From Antedon mediterranea (taxonomy: Eukaryota; Animalia; Echinodermata), in the NCBI RefSeq assembly GCF_964355755.1, contig NC_092670.1, positions 33,158,388-33,222,387 on the forward strand: 64,000 nucleotides of DNA, given 5' to 3'. Positions 28,094 through 43,000 of this stretch are shown here, piece by piece. The translations under genes and the position numbers were made by a program. The notes beneath the pieces are model-generated. The model saw nothing but the letters and a program-made list of their open reading frames with translations, did no database searches and was not told where the DNA came from. The first letter of the stretch is position 1. Each line of letters opens with the position of its first letter.

Positions 28094-31000
28094 CTGTAGA
28101 AATACAATCGTTCTATTAAAGTTATCACAATAAACGATCGGAGCAAGTATACAACATAATAAGATTATACATTAGCTTAATACATAGCAATGTTTCATTT
28201 CTGAGTTTAATAGAAGAAAGTATATTAAGGTTTTTGGTACAAATTTATTCAGTTAAAAATGTAAACAAACGTACTCAATTAATAGCAAATAAATATAATT
28301 TAGACCTACATTGTCTTTTGTAACTTTCATTAATACGCTAAAACTCGTTAGATGTTCAGAATAGCACGACACTTTGTCCTGAGAATACGACGTGGTTACA
28401 ACACCGGCATCAGTCCAAGTACTGTCAACAAAATAACATGAGAAAAACAGTATTTGTGAGTGACTGTCTCCAAACACCACCAGTAAAAAAAACATGGAAC
28501 ATTTTAATTTAATGTCCGATTTCTAAAAGTTGAAACAAAGTCTAATTTATTTGAACGGTTGTCTAACCGTACGACATTGACACAGTACACACTTACCTTC
28601 GTTTTTCATCAAAGAAAACGCAAATAATCTCCAATTCATCTTTTTTGGTCACCGAGGAACCCTAAAGAAGAAACTATATTAATTAGTAATACATATATCT
28701 ACTGCTGTATATCTCCATTTTAAAGTTTAAATAGGCGAATTTTTGTTTTTAAACAAACCTAAATCATAAAAGGTAACACCAATGGAGGCATTCGACTGAA
28801 AGTAATACAGTACATAGGCCTACTGTATGTCCTGAATAAAATATTCGATACTATTGTTTCAACATAAATTATATAAATAAGACATTTTGTTTATAATAAA
28901 TGACATGGCGAATACACACGGTTGGTGATGTGTTACCAAAAAAGAAAATTTCTGTTGTTCTTACACTACAATTGTCTTTTGCATGTATATGTGTTTTTGT
29001 ATGGTTAGCCTAATGAATAAATACAGTGAAGTGAAGTGAATAGACACTTTTGTAACACAACCGAAACGAGGAGACGTTTTCAACCATACTTACAATTCGC
29101 TTGGTCATGGTGAATTCTATTTTCGCATTCAAAGGCATTTGGTCATTGAAATCGAAAACGCTACAGGAGAATACCATTCCATTGAAATATGTAAAGTCGA
29201 TGTTTGCATTTGACCTGATAGAAATACAACGAATAATAATTAATTAGGCCAATAAAAGTAAAGTAAAAATAATATTTGTTATTTATTAATTATTTGTTCA
29301 TTTGTTAAAAAACCATTAAATATACTTACAAGCTAGAAATATTAACATTTTCGTTAACAGGTTTATTTGCGCCCAGTGTGTTGTTACTGTAACATGCTAT
29401 AACAAGGACATCATCTTGTTGAAAAATAAATTGATTATAGTTACTACTAATAATAATAATAACAAAAACAAGAGAATGGACGAGAAAGAAGTGTCCTTTG
29501 CAACAAAGAATATAATAAGTGTATGTTGTCTGTTTAGTGGACATTGTCTTGTTGCTGTAAGATGTAAAACTCAATTATAGCTAACAATACTACAACTACA
29601 AGCTTGAATGTATGAGTAAAGTGTCCTTTGCAACAAACTTGCCTATGTGTAGTCCTCGTAAATAAAAATAAATTGTAATTTTAAGAATGACATGGTCTCT
29701 AGATTTCATTAAACATAGCAATTGCTGGCAATCAAACCTGTAGTTTCAACTTTAATATTCAGATCAAAATCCATTTGGCTATCGTCGTGTTCCAGGGTAG
29801 CATTTACTGATTTACTGCTCTCAACGACGGCTAATCCAACTACAAAAATAAAATAAACAAAAGAAAGTTGCTTATAGTATTTGCATATATAAATGATTAG
29901 CTAAAATAAAGACGCAATCATGTCTCCTTTTTTCAATGATTCAAACACATTCGATGCCTGAATAAACATATAATTATTTATGGCTTATAAATTTAGTTTT
30001 GATTTCACACGATAGACTCTAGTTTGAATTTATTTAACGACTAAATTTGTTATGAAGCCTACAGGTATTAAATACAAAACTTGCCATATTTTTCTTCTTC
30101 ATAAACTTTCCACGTTGATTGTAAGGTCTTTATTTCGGATAAAACTTCTTGTTCAAACTCGTGGAATTCAGTTACGAATAAATCCATTGCCTAGTTAAAA
30201 GTAAGTTACAATTTAAAGATGTTTTTATTCCTTCAAATTGTTAAGTTACTACTGTTTTATTTTATTAATTTATCTAAAATAAGTCTACTCTAAATCAGCA
30301 GTGTTGGTATGTTGTAATAAATATTTAATTATCCTACCCGTTCTGTTCGAAGAATCCACATTGAAGCAACGATTGAAGTTTATAAAAAAATAAAAAATAA
30401 GTATGTACAAGTTACAAGTTGGTATAATTGTAATAAATTACCATTCCCTAACATACAGTATCATAGTATCTACATGGACATTCTAGAATAAGAGTATGTT
30501 TAGATTAAAGAAACCATGTATAGGCCTAATTAATATAAAAACAATCAGGAACATTTCAGAAGTGATATTAATAGAAACTGTCATCCAATAGAATAAGAAG
30601 TATAAAGAATGATCTAGAAGGATAGGATCATCTTGTATATAAATGGATGTAAAACTATTGTAAGGTTGTTGGATATTAGATTTTAAAAGTAATTGTGAAG
30701 CTGTTGTTTAAAGTGCTTACTGGATTGATGAAAGTTGAAGTTGATTGAAATTAAAGCTTTGTTTTTTATTTATTTTACAACTTTGTGGATTTTGTGTGTA
30801 TACTTTTATGTCATAAGGGAGTTCCTAAAGCATTTTCAACCGCTAGGAAATATACGTAAAAGGAGTTCATGAAAATAATTGAGTCTAAATATAAAGAAAT
30901 TAAAAAGTGCAGTTTACATAAGTTGATATAACTATTACTGTCACTGACCCCATTAAATAAAAATCATATATTTTGTTTTTATAAAATCACATCTTACTAA

Positions 31001-34000
31001 ATGCGTCTTAACAGAAGCTTATTAATTTTCATTGGAATATTAATTTGAATGTTGAGTTTACAACATAGATTGGATTGTATGGAATATTTTTTCAAATATA
31101 TATATTTTATAGATTGTGTATTTTCTACTATAATGTTAGGTTTGATTGCATTTTATTCTGAACAAAAATATCATGCAAACATAAAACCTATGCATGGGTT
31201 TTCAATATTTGTAAGAAAATCACTTAAATGTTAATAATCAAAACATCCATATCGACGTACTAACCTTCAACAATTATTGTAAATGCACACGACGTTACGG
31301 AATTATTGTAACGATCGTAAGCTTCGAAGTAAAAATGATGTTTTCCCAAATGTAGATCAACAGGGAATATGTCAACAGGGTTCGGTACAATTGTTACACA
31401 GGGAATGAATCCCTCTTCTATCGTGATTGAATATTTTACATTGGCTGATACTGCAGTACCTAATTCTGTCACTAAAGTCTCGTTAGACGGACACTGAATA
31501 TTGGGCGGGTTGATATCTAGAAAAATGATAAGTTTAAACATGTTACAATAATACAGTAATCTGAGAAGCATGTAATTAGAAAATCAAATATCCACAACGC
31601 ATTGAGACGACATTGTTTGTGGAATGCACTATATAAATACTATTGACGTTAATTGTCATTGTACTTTTTTTCTTTCTTTCTTTCCTAGGAACATTGTCTA
31701 GGCCATTTATTATACATAGGTCATGGGCAATACAATAATTATAACATTATAATAACATGGTAAACAGCTGTAACTTGGTGCTTAACATGCTTTCTTTCCA
31801 ATCCAGTGTTCAATTCTGACCTACTCCTAAAACGCTAATCGTCGTTAGACATTGCGCGTCTCACTTGTGTTCGCCACTCATTACGTTTTTGAGCAAGCAT
31901 GTGTATAGGTCCGCGTGTGAAAAGTTCTGTTTCCTTTTTTATGTTTGCCATCCATGTTGTTTTTGGTCTTCCTTTTGGTTTTTTGGTCTTTCTATGAGCC
32001 TCTCCGAGTGCGATCTTAGCTGGTGTGTTTTCATTTAAACGGAGCAGGTGACCATACCATGTCAGCCTTCTTTTCTTTACGATTAAGTATTAAGTATTAT
32101 TCTGACCAGAATTTAACTAACGACTCTTTCAACTCCACTCCATAAGCCTCAAATGAGACTTAGTTTATAAGCACGATAAACTATAAAACAGTTGATCCAT
32201 CCTGTAAATACAATTTTATTTTTTAAAACATAACCGACTTTTAATATAACTAGAATTAACAATTACTGTATGTTCTGAAGTGTTTAATTTTCTCACGTCA
32301 TGAATTCTGCACATAACTAACAGATGTATGTAACTATGTGATTTAAAACTTAACCACTCTATAAAACTAAAATGGTTATAAATATTATCTAAATGATTTT
32401 GTGATATAATAAGTCTACAATTTGCTGACCATGATTTATTATATAATTTTAAAAAGAAGCAAACAAAACAAACTGCAGACAAAATGGATAACTTCTTCAG
32501 TCTTCTTTACTTAATTAATCTGTCGTGCCCACAGATGGTTCTCGATTACATACTAATTTCAGCGTTAAAAAACTGGCGATTTCAAAATACGTACCGCAGG
32601 ACAATAATACATGTCGTTTGCAGGAACGAATAAATAGACACTGTGATTTATGTACTCAACTAAAATTAGCACCCTGGGAATTACTTCCGAAAGAGAAACT
32701 TGTCACAAAATGAGACAATTGTTTAAGTCAAATTTAAACAAACTATATTTGTGTTTTATATGTAACATTAGGGTTGAGGTATGGGGAAGAGGATGAGTGC
32801 AAAGAGGAACAATTTTTAAATATATTCTTTATCCATTTAGTAACGAAATATTAATTGTTTTCATGTTTTACAAATAATATACCACTAAACACAGTAAAAC
32901 ATTGCGATGTAATACTTTGTTGAAAATATCACCGTCCTAGTCGATTGAAAAGTACAGTACGTGTAACGGTACATCAATACGACGTGTATATGTTTATATA
33001 ATGTAAAACAATTTGTGAAAACCACCTCTATTCGGGGCAAATCACCAATTCGATTTAATCGTCAAGAAATATTAAATTATCTAACTCAACTTAATTAGTA
33101 GGCCTAATGGTTTCCAGTTGTTTCTTAGAGCTAATTCATACCTAAGTTGGTTTGTGATGCACTGTAGGCCTATCCTCTACTGGCTTTACAACGCTACTCG
33201 TGCCAGTGAGGAAAGGGTGATGATGTGGGTGGTTTAACTGCAATAATAAAGATTTTTACATAAATATACGGCGACTGAAAACGCTAGGAAAATCTATATC
33301 CATCCTCTGCAGCACAGAATGGTTCGAATTTCTGTTATGAGTATACAGTACTTGCCTTTACGACGCCTGAGGGAATAGACACTTGTGGAACAAAGATTGG
33401 AATGTTCCATTCATCGCAAATCTATACATTTGTATAAACGTATATTAAATCTATCAAAATAGTATTTTTTAAAGAAAATCGGCCTGTCTTCAACATTATG
33501 ATGCTGTACTCGAGCTGTTCAACCGGTTTTCAGCCATTAAAAACAATTATCGTAAGAGGAGATAGGAAAATGCGAAGCATCCTCGTATTATTGTCTGTGG
33601 GTATTTTTTATGATGGACATCCATTAGACAGTGTATACCACGATCGAAAAACACCCCTATCTGGGGCAAATCGTTGAACATAAATTCGTTTTAATTGTCA
33701 ATAACTAATTATCGAACTCAATTTAATTAGTAAACAGGGTTACATCAGGTGGTTTAAATCAGTATCAAAAGAACGAACCAACTTTATATACCATCGAGTA
33801 AACATTCTAGAAATAACGCGCGATTTACCGAATTTTGCCCTTACGTAGATTTATATATAGATTCCGTCGTTTTTCTATCCGTAGTCAATCTACTAAAACA
33901 TATTGTTTTACTGTTTTATTTGATTCTTTAAAATTACGAAATTGCTGTACTATCAAATTGCAGTTATTTAAAGTCCTCCTAATTACCAATACGTCGATCT

Positions 34001-37000
34001 ATATTCAAGTTGTCAATCACATTCTATTGTTCCATATTCCACAAGTCACTCAATTTTTTAATAACAAATTTAAACGTTATTGATGATTTGCAATACGTTT
34101 ATTGTTACATTTTTGCTCATATTTTATGACGTTTTCTTCCTGTTTTGTATTGTTTTTATAGTTCTATATATTTGTAAAACAAGCAATGCATTTCCGAAAG
34201 TATTAATAAAGGAATTTTGAATTTGAATTTAACATATTGTTTGACTGTCTTATTTGAATCTTAAAAATTACGAAAATGCTGTATTATCAAATTACAATTA
34301 TTTAAAGTCCTGCTAATTACCACTACGTCGATCTATATTCAAGTTGTCAATCATGGTCGGTTTGTCATTTATTAACAATAAGGGAGGAAATCGGTGAATT
34401 TTATATTATTACTGTACGCGTGTAGTAGATTATAAATACACATGTACATGCTTTGTATTAACTACAACAAATTTGATTAAAAACGAGCGTCTTTTTTTTC
34501 GTCAGATCCGATTTTAGCTTTATTTTTTATGCTACGTACCATTTATTTACTTTGATAGTCATTGATAATACTACCAAGCTAGATAAAGTCCACAACCATA
34601 ATATAAAGGCTCAGATAAATTCCAGAGCCATTATATAATAAAGAGTTACGGTACGGCATTGTGTGGATTTTAGAAAGTCATGTGGTACATTACCGGCCAT
34701 CTTTGTGTCTAACTATTGTAATATAATGATATACATTTATAATTAAGAAATCAACCTTTGTATTAGATACAACTAAGTTCACGAACTTGGCCCAGAAAGT
34801 CCAGAGGAGAGTTTGTCCAGGTGTTTTAAAAGTCCATTTAGTTTATAATTTAACCCCTAAAGAAAACACTTAGCTTAACCTTACGACCTCTCCCATCGTT
34901 AAACCAGGAGAGATTGACACTATTTAAGTACAGATTTGACAGTGTTATCCATCACTGAAATACCTTATTATACCGTTAATCACTTCTACTTAAACACCCC
35001 TGGATAAGTTAGGACCAATCATTAGCTCCATAAATGATGTAATGACATATACAAATGAACTGAGCCAATATACCCCCAAGTTTCAGATGAGCCCAGACAC
35101 ACCTCACATCCACTTCTTCAGAAGCAGACCTACACACCTCACACCTCACCGACAGTATCACTGTATCCTCTATTCCTGTTTCTCATTGTATTGTATTGTA
35201 TTGAGTATATAACGTATTATTGAATAAACAATATATGTGTTACTACCGTCAAGCGAGTGGAATCCTCAGTCAGAAACCCCATAACACTATATTACACTAT
35301 GCCTATGTAGAGTATGGAGTCGAGTCATTTGCTTAAAAAATGTATCACATTCACAAGGCTTTAAATATCGAATTTAATATCAAAACAATCAATTTGTTTA
35401 AAGATTTTGTTAAGATAATAACGAAATCATAAAGTTACTACTGCGAACATGATTTTAAACAACAAAAAACCATGCATTACTATAGTTACTCTAGTAGCTA
35501 GATCAACTTTCGTATGCACTTTGAGGTCCAGAGAATTTGACTTCAGAAATTGGTTTAGGATGGTCAAACAATCATTTTTGGCTTGGTTACAGATTTTTAA
35601 AATGTGGCGAAAGGTCAAAAGGTCAGGGTGAAAGGTAATAAGACCAAACACCAATATGTCCTGAAATCTCAACAACCACTGGTCACAGCAAAGTAATTTT
35701 GGTTTCAAATTGATCAGAAGGTATACATTTATATTCAGTCTAATGGGACATTTTAGTTTAAAATGACCGGAAATGCCATTTCTGACCTTTGACCCATAAC
35801 CCAGGGCATGTATTTATCTCCGTAACTACTTGTCGTAGACACTTGAATTTGGTTTTAAATTGTTCGAAATATATATTTTGTTATTTGTTATACATTTTGA
35901 AAAATGTTACAAAAAGGTCAAAGGGTCAGGGTCAAGGGTTATATAAACAAATAAATAAAGGTACTTGTATCTCGGCAACCACTGGTCGCAGCAAGTCAAT
36001 TTTGTTCTCAAAATGTTCAAAAGGCATGCATTTATATTCCGTCTAATGGGGCATTTTAGTTAAAAATGATCAGAAATGCCATTTCTGACCTTTGACCCAC
36101 ATACCAGGGCATCTTCATATCTCTGTAAGTACTGGTCGTAGAAACTTAAATTTGGTATCAAATTGTTCGAAATATACATATTTACATTCATTGTAATAGA
36201 AAATGTGGTTAAAAGATGAACAGAAAATACTATTACTTATGTTTCAAACAAAAAACTATCAAAAATATCTCTACACAACTTAAACTGCCTTAGACAGTAA
36301 TGTTATGCAATATGATACTTTAAATTGTTTCAATTTCAAGTAGGCCTACTAGTTATTGTTGTCCACGAGAACATTTTGATATAAACGTCAAGCTCAAAAG
36401 TTCTTTTCAGAATGCTAGAAGTAACTTGCCATGTGTATCCGATTAAACGCCCCGGGCATTTATTGTTCAAAAAGGTTTTTAGGGGGAGGGGAGGCATCCT
36501 TTTTTGGGGTATAATATGGTAACATGTATAATCAAATAAATACCACCTAGATGTAAAAAAATACAGCACAATTAATATCAAAAAATGATAAAATTATGTC
36601 AAAATGCTTGGTAAATTGTAGATTATGGTAGTTAATAAAATGTGTTGTGATACAATTATTTTCTAAATGCATGTGGCGGAGTGTTTATTCCACATGATGT
36701 TCTATTGGAGGGAATGGAAGCTTTTATTCAAAGCGGATTTTAATTTGAATAAATACTCGAGCTCAACAGTTAAGAATGCTAGAAATAACTTACCATAGTT
36801 ACCCGAATAAAAGGTCCGGGTATTTGATTATTCAGGGAAGGCGTTTATTTTGTTTGAGTGTAATAATGGTAACAATACATGTATAATCAAATAAATACAC
36901 CTCAGATAAAAAAAAAATTAATTAATATAATAAGAATAATAACTGGATTAAACCTCATTCTATCCTGTTGCAAGTACAATCATGTAATAAAAGGTATCAC

Positions 37001-40000
37001 AGACAACTATAATAGACCAATTCATTGTCATTATTCCGTAACACTGTTGTTTAATCGGATACACATGGCAAGTTACTTCTAGCATTCTGAAAAGAACTGT
37101 TGAGCTTGACGTTGCTATCAAAATGTTCTTGGGGACAGCAATAACTAGTACTTGAAATTGAAACAATTTAAAGTATCAGTTATTGCATAACATTACTGTC
37201 TAAGGATAAGTTATGTAGAGATATGTTTTTTGTTTGAAACATTAGTAATAGTATTTCTGTTCATCTTTTAACCACATTTTCTATTACAATGAATGTAAAT
37301 ATGTATATTTCGAACAATTTGATACCAAATTTAAGTTTCTACGACCAGTACTTACAGAGATATGAAGATGCCATGTTGTGTGGGTCAAAGGTCAGAAATG
37401 GCATTTCTGATAATTTTTGACTAAAATATCCCATTAGATTGAATATGAAAGCATGCCTTCTGAACATTTTGACACTAAAATCGACTTGCTGCGACGAGTG
37501 GTTGTTCATATAACCTTTGACCTTGACCCTTTGACCTTCTGTAACATTTTTAAAAATGTGCTACAAATAACAAAATGTTTATTTCAAACAATATAAGACC
37601 AAATTAAAGTGTCTACGATCAGTAGTTACGGAGATACATACATGCCCTGGGGTGTGGGTCAAAGGTCAGAAATGGCATTTTCGGTCATTTTTGACTAAAT
37701 TTCCCATTAGACTGAATATAAATGTATACCTTCTGATCAATTTGAGACCAAAATTACCTCGCTGTGACTAGTGGTTGTCGAGATTTAAGGACCTATTGGT
37801 ATTTAGTTTGATAACCTTTCACTCTGACCTTTTGACCTTTCGCCACATTTTCAAAATGTGTAACCAAGCCAATAATGATTGTTTGACCATCCTAAACCAA
37901 TTTCTGAAGTCAAATTCTCTGGACCTCAAAGTGCATACAAAAGTTGATCTAGCTACTAGAGTAAGTCCAATCGCTGTAAAAACTGAACGCGCAAGCTTAG
38001 AGCATGCATGGAGCGCACAGCCAGAGCCGTTCCGAAATTCAATGGATTAAAGCTATTTTTTTTTTGATATAAAATCTTGATAGCAGTAACTTTATAATTC
38101 AATAAAGCTTCTTTATAAATAACTTTAAATGCCTGGGCCTAAAATGTGTATATTACCCCTTTCACACCAAAAGCAAAACTCCGGAGACACTCCTTAGTTG
38201 ACGCCCCAGTGTTTTGGTGTGAAAGGTAAAATCAAGCAACTCCGGAGTTTAAAACTGCGGGGTTGAACAGCTGAACATTCTCCGGAGAGAGAACTGCGGG
38301 GACACCCCGGTGTTTTGGTGTAAAAGGTACCAACATTAACTCCGGAGTTTTCAGGTCAAAAGGTCATCCTCACACGATCACTCATTGCTGTAGTATTATT
38401 TCAAAATACTTTAAATGTTTGTACAAAATATATAGCGGGTCTAGAAAATAATAAGTAGTATCAATAAAACATTATATGAATTCTGAGACTTTTGAAAATA
38501 ATTATTAAATTAAAAATATTATCAATTAAAATCATTCTAATGATCGTCGCTATGTAAACAAATAAAATAGAGGGCGACATTTACATTTTTATTTTATATA
38601 CCCCGGTGTTGCTAGGTTGGTTTGAAAGGGGTTTCTCGATGTTTTGAATGGTCGTAAACTCCGGGGTATCTTCGGAGATCACTCCGGAGTTTTGGTGTGA
38701 AAGGGTTATTAGATTCTATAAATTAATAATAAATTCATCACATTTTACAACTTTAGATGAAGTCTTTAAGAAGTCTCTAACAGGAGCATCCCTACCGAAT
38801 GCTCTACTTTCGGAATCAAATATAGATTATCTTGATCCAAACAAACTGCTTTTTATACCTACAATAGATGGGAACAAGGTATAGAAATGTTCTTATATCA
38901 ACCTATTTCACTTAAATCATAATTGTACAGGACCGATATTCTATCTAATACAATAGGCCTAGCTACTAAAAACATTTTAATTGTATTTATCATTTTAAAA
39001 AACATATATATTAAACATTTATACATTTGGTAGTAGGTATCAATGGATTTTGATAAAAGTTAAAGGACCCATATACGTATGTTTCTATGTTTCTTTTGGT
39101 ATTTTAGCAGATTATGAGTTCCTTCCGTCAACATTTTTATGACAAACTGGACAATATCACGCAACTCAATAAACAGGCGAATATTGCACTAAGTTCAGAG
39201 AAAAATGACCGAGAAATAATGGAAAGAGAAACTCAACGATTAAAAGAAAAACATGAAGAAGAAATTAAAAAGCTTAAAGAGCAATTCATTAATAAAGAAG
39301 ACGTATATAGAAGGTAGAAAATCATTGATTGTGCGCATGTGTACAATGTAAAGTAGTAGGTAATTTTGAAAAAAAAAGGAGGATAGATTGTTTCTAATGC
39401 TATGTCTGCACTAACAAACTAGTTTGACAAAAAGTGTGAGGTGTATGTATGGTAGTGATATGACGTCATCGGATCCAAATATATGGGCACACCACATTTG
39501 TTTGTCACATAAAGTTTGGTAGTGTATACAGAGCCTAATACTAAGTTTTCTTTGTAGAATGAATCAGAAACGTGTCGTTTGAGAAAGCGTTATCATTAAA
39601 ATTAAACGTGAATTCAAAGCATCAAAGAAAGAGTTTAAGAGATAATGTGAGATTTTAAACGAAGAATTGGAGAATTTGAAGCAAGAAAGAAGCAATATGA
39701 ATCAGAAGATAAAGAACATACTGCAAACAACAAGCGTCAGTATATATTAATATTGAAAGGAAAAGGTAATTCAAATAATTTACGTTTTAATGCTTTCTAT
39801 GTTAAAGAGTAGTGACAATGGCATTGCAAAAAAGAAGCGTCAGTGTATATTAATTTTGAAAGAAAAAGGTTACTTAATTAATTTACGTGTTATCGTTTCG
39901 GAATATATAATACAATATTTTTATAAATAAATAATACTAATCCAATGTCTCCAAATACTGCCAACTCTTAACAATGTATATTTAATTATACTTTGTTTTC

Positions 40001-43000
40001 ACTTTATATTTCAGGTTGAATGAGAAATGTTGTGAAGTAACCAAAGAGGGGAAAGCCTGTGAAGAACTAGTTAAAGAAAAAAAGAGATAAAATAAAGAAA
40101 GTAACTGATGAGAAAAGAGAATTAATGAAAGAATTTGAAATGTATAAGCAAGAATCATTGGATTGATTGGAAACAGAAAACACAAAGTAGGTCTTATTGC
40201 TATGGATTTTGTATATCAAAGATTAGTGACAATGGCATTGCATTTAGCCAATTAGCTAACTGGGATAATTATTTGGTTTTTATCTCTGAAGGAACACTTC
40301 TTTGCGATGAGGAAATTAGCCTACAAGCTAGGTTAGAATTAGAAGGCAGCAAACAATTGGGATTAAAAGCCATCATGCTAACCACATTAACCACAGTAAC
40401 ATATATCCCAAAACCTTTAGATCTATTACTAGTCCTTACGATTAGTTATATCAATAGGCCTACATATACGCAATTTCTATTTCAGTTTCAATGATAAAAG
40501 CATCAAACTGAATGAAAAGAAAAACATATGTGCATTGATAGTGGAGAAGCTTAATGCACAAGGAAAGAATGTATCAATGGAAAAAGATGGATTACTGAAT
40601 CATCACCAAACTTTCGAAATTGGAGCAAGTAGGCCTATGGACAACTTGTATAATATACAATTAATTAATGGTTGATTATTCATATTATTATGAACAATAA
40701 ATCATTATTGTCATCACTTAATCATCGATAATAGCGATCTTACGTTTCCTGGATGCGCCACACAGTTATACAGCTTTCGAGTCAAATATTCATTCTAAGT
40801 ATGCGTTAAATAATTATTAGACTCAATAGCTGCATCGTTGTGTGAAATGGTCGTTATTATCAGCACAATTGTCACAGACTATTTTAAGATTGTTTATTGA
40901 GTATGTTTGTCAGGATTGCCACCTTAAAGCATGGACCTATGATTTAACGGATAGATCATTAATTTGCTTATGGTTATCCTTTTCCTAGATATAAACAAAT
41001 TTGTTAAATATAAATAATAACATGTGTTGTTTTTTCATAGCTTCATTCAGCAGAATAAATTTCACTGACTAACGTGACAAATTTTTATGCAATTTACCGA
41101 CCAAAGAAGATCCGTGAAGTTTGATCATATCTAGCAACAGCAGGAATATATTGTTGCTGCGAAGACAAAACCATAATTAAAGAAGCAATCGGGAGCCATA
41201 TTACAAGCAAATTTAAAAGGAGCATGACGTAAGTCTGCAATAACAACATCTTAAGTACTATTATTATTAACAGTACAGTAATATGACTACGGTACATCAT
41301 ATATTAGGGGAAAAAACAAAAAACGCTTACTATATTAATTGATGTAAAACATACACCTAACACATTTTGATTACGGTTTGAAAAAGTTCTGATTATTTTG
41401 GAAAGATACCAATTAAAAGTTCTCCAATACACCCACACACACACACACAACCACACCTCTTAGGCGGAGATGATATAAATAAAGAAAGAATAATAATATC
41501 TACAGTAGCATGTAAATATACCAAACGTAATATAGTCATAATGTATTACTTACATTTGTCACACAACGCTACCCACGCTGTTTCTGCACACGAGATGTCA
41601 TGCCAAGCACCGTTTGAAGGTTTATGCAGAACAGCACAATCTTCGTTACCCAATTGGTTGGGTTCACCATCATACCAATCTGAAGAAACGTAAAATATAA
41701 TTATAACAGACCTAAATATATTCTTTTCATTTGATTGGACGATTGTGCAATTAAATGATCTTCTTTAAAATATTCTCGCGTATAGAAACAGTTTTTATTT
41801 TTATTTTTTTTATTAAATCTGCTTTCATTTTTCTTTGCTTTGTTAGCAAGACATAGGTACATTCCGATGCCATCGCTTTAAAAAAAAGCCTGCTATGCAC
41901 AAAATAATGTTAGTGTATTAGTTTGTACAGTATATCTAACAATACCCGCCATTATTATGGCCCTAAGTTGTTGACCCTGTATCAATTACATACTGCTATA
42001 TTCGTCTTAAGCTTTGTCTACACTATCAAACAACAAAATGCGATGTGCTCAAATATGTAAGTACTATTTCCAAATAATATGGTAGTGATATGACTTTATG
42101 TCCATATATGGGAATATCCCATTTTTTGTTCACATGAAGTTTGATAGTGTAGAGACATAACTTTATGTAGATACAAGGATTAATCTTATCGTGTAAAGGT
42201 GTACTAAATGTTACCGCCTTTTTATTTTTGTAAGTTTTGGTAGGTTTGTCTGCCGTATCTAGTCGAACGTTTTATCGACCATCAAACCATAACAATCAAG
42301 TCGGCTTAAACACTAAGATTAAACATTAACTATCGGAAATGTAATTCTGTATTGTTATTTTAGTAAATCAATAATATAAGATTATAATGGTAATTTATCT
42401 ATACGGATATAGTTTTCTCTATTTAAAATGTTATAACACCATACGTGTATAGTTCCCACTCATTCCAGACAGCCACTGAAAATAGCCTTCTATTTCGATA
42501 TCATTGTAGGCAATCCAAGCTCCATCTGACGTGGAATCTTCAGCAAATCGTTCAAGTATCCACAAGCTTTCTTCTTCAGTTGAAATTTCGATTAAATCAC
42601 CGGTAAAATGTGTGCACATATCTCTTGTATAATTCCACGTGCCAGATGCGTTGGTGACCCAGTAGCATTTTGAAAATGCGGCGTTGTAATGCCACCCAGT
42701 TGGACACCCTGAAATAAAATAAATTCCCATTTATTTAAACGTTATGTATACCTGATTTGACGACTTTAATGGTATTTCAATGGTATTGTAGAGTAAACTT
42801 AGGGGAACATGAAGTAAATTATATAATGCAATATCTTTCGTCTATTATTATCTACAACGAAGTATCGAAAAAAGTGGCGATTACAAATTCACGGTCAGAT
42901 CAGATGTCCTAAACCTTGTCTACACTATCAAACTTTATGTGACAAAAAATGTGATGGACATGATGATGTCATATTATCACTAATCTCTTTCGTTATACCA

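Noticed and set aside
29535-29575. Second copy of the SYSNNT exon motif (SYSNKTMS)
   Set aside because: The resemblance is short and has no usable splice sites; at most it is a decayed partial duplication.
33890-34352. About 120-bp direct repeat pair (33890-34020 / 34233-34352)
   Set aside because: It is a local intronic duplication with no LTR termini, TSD or coding signal.
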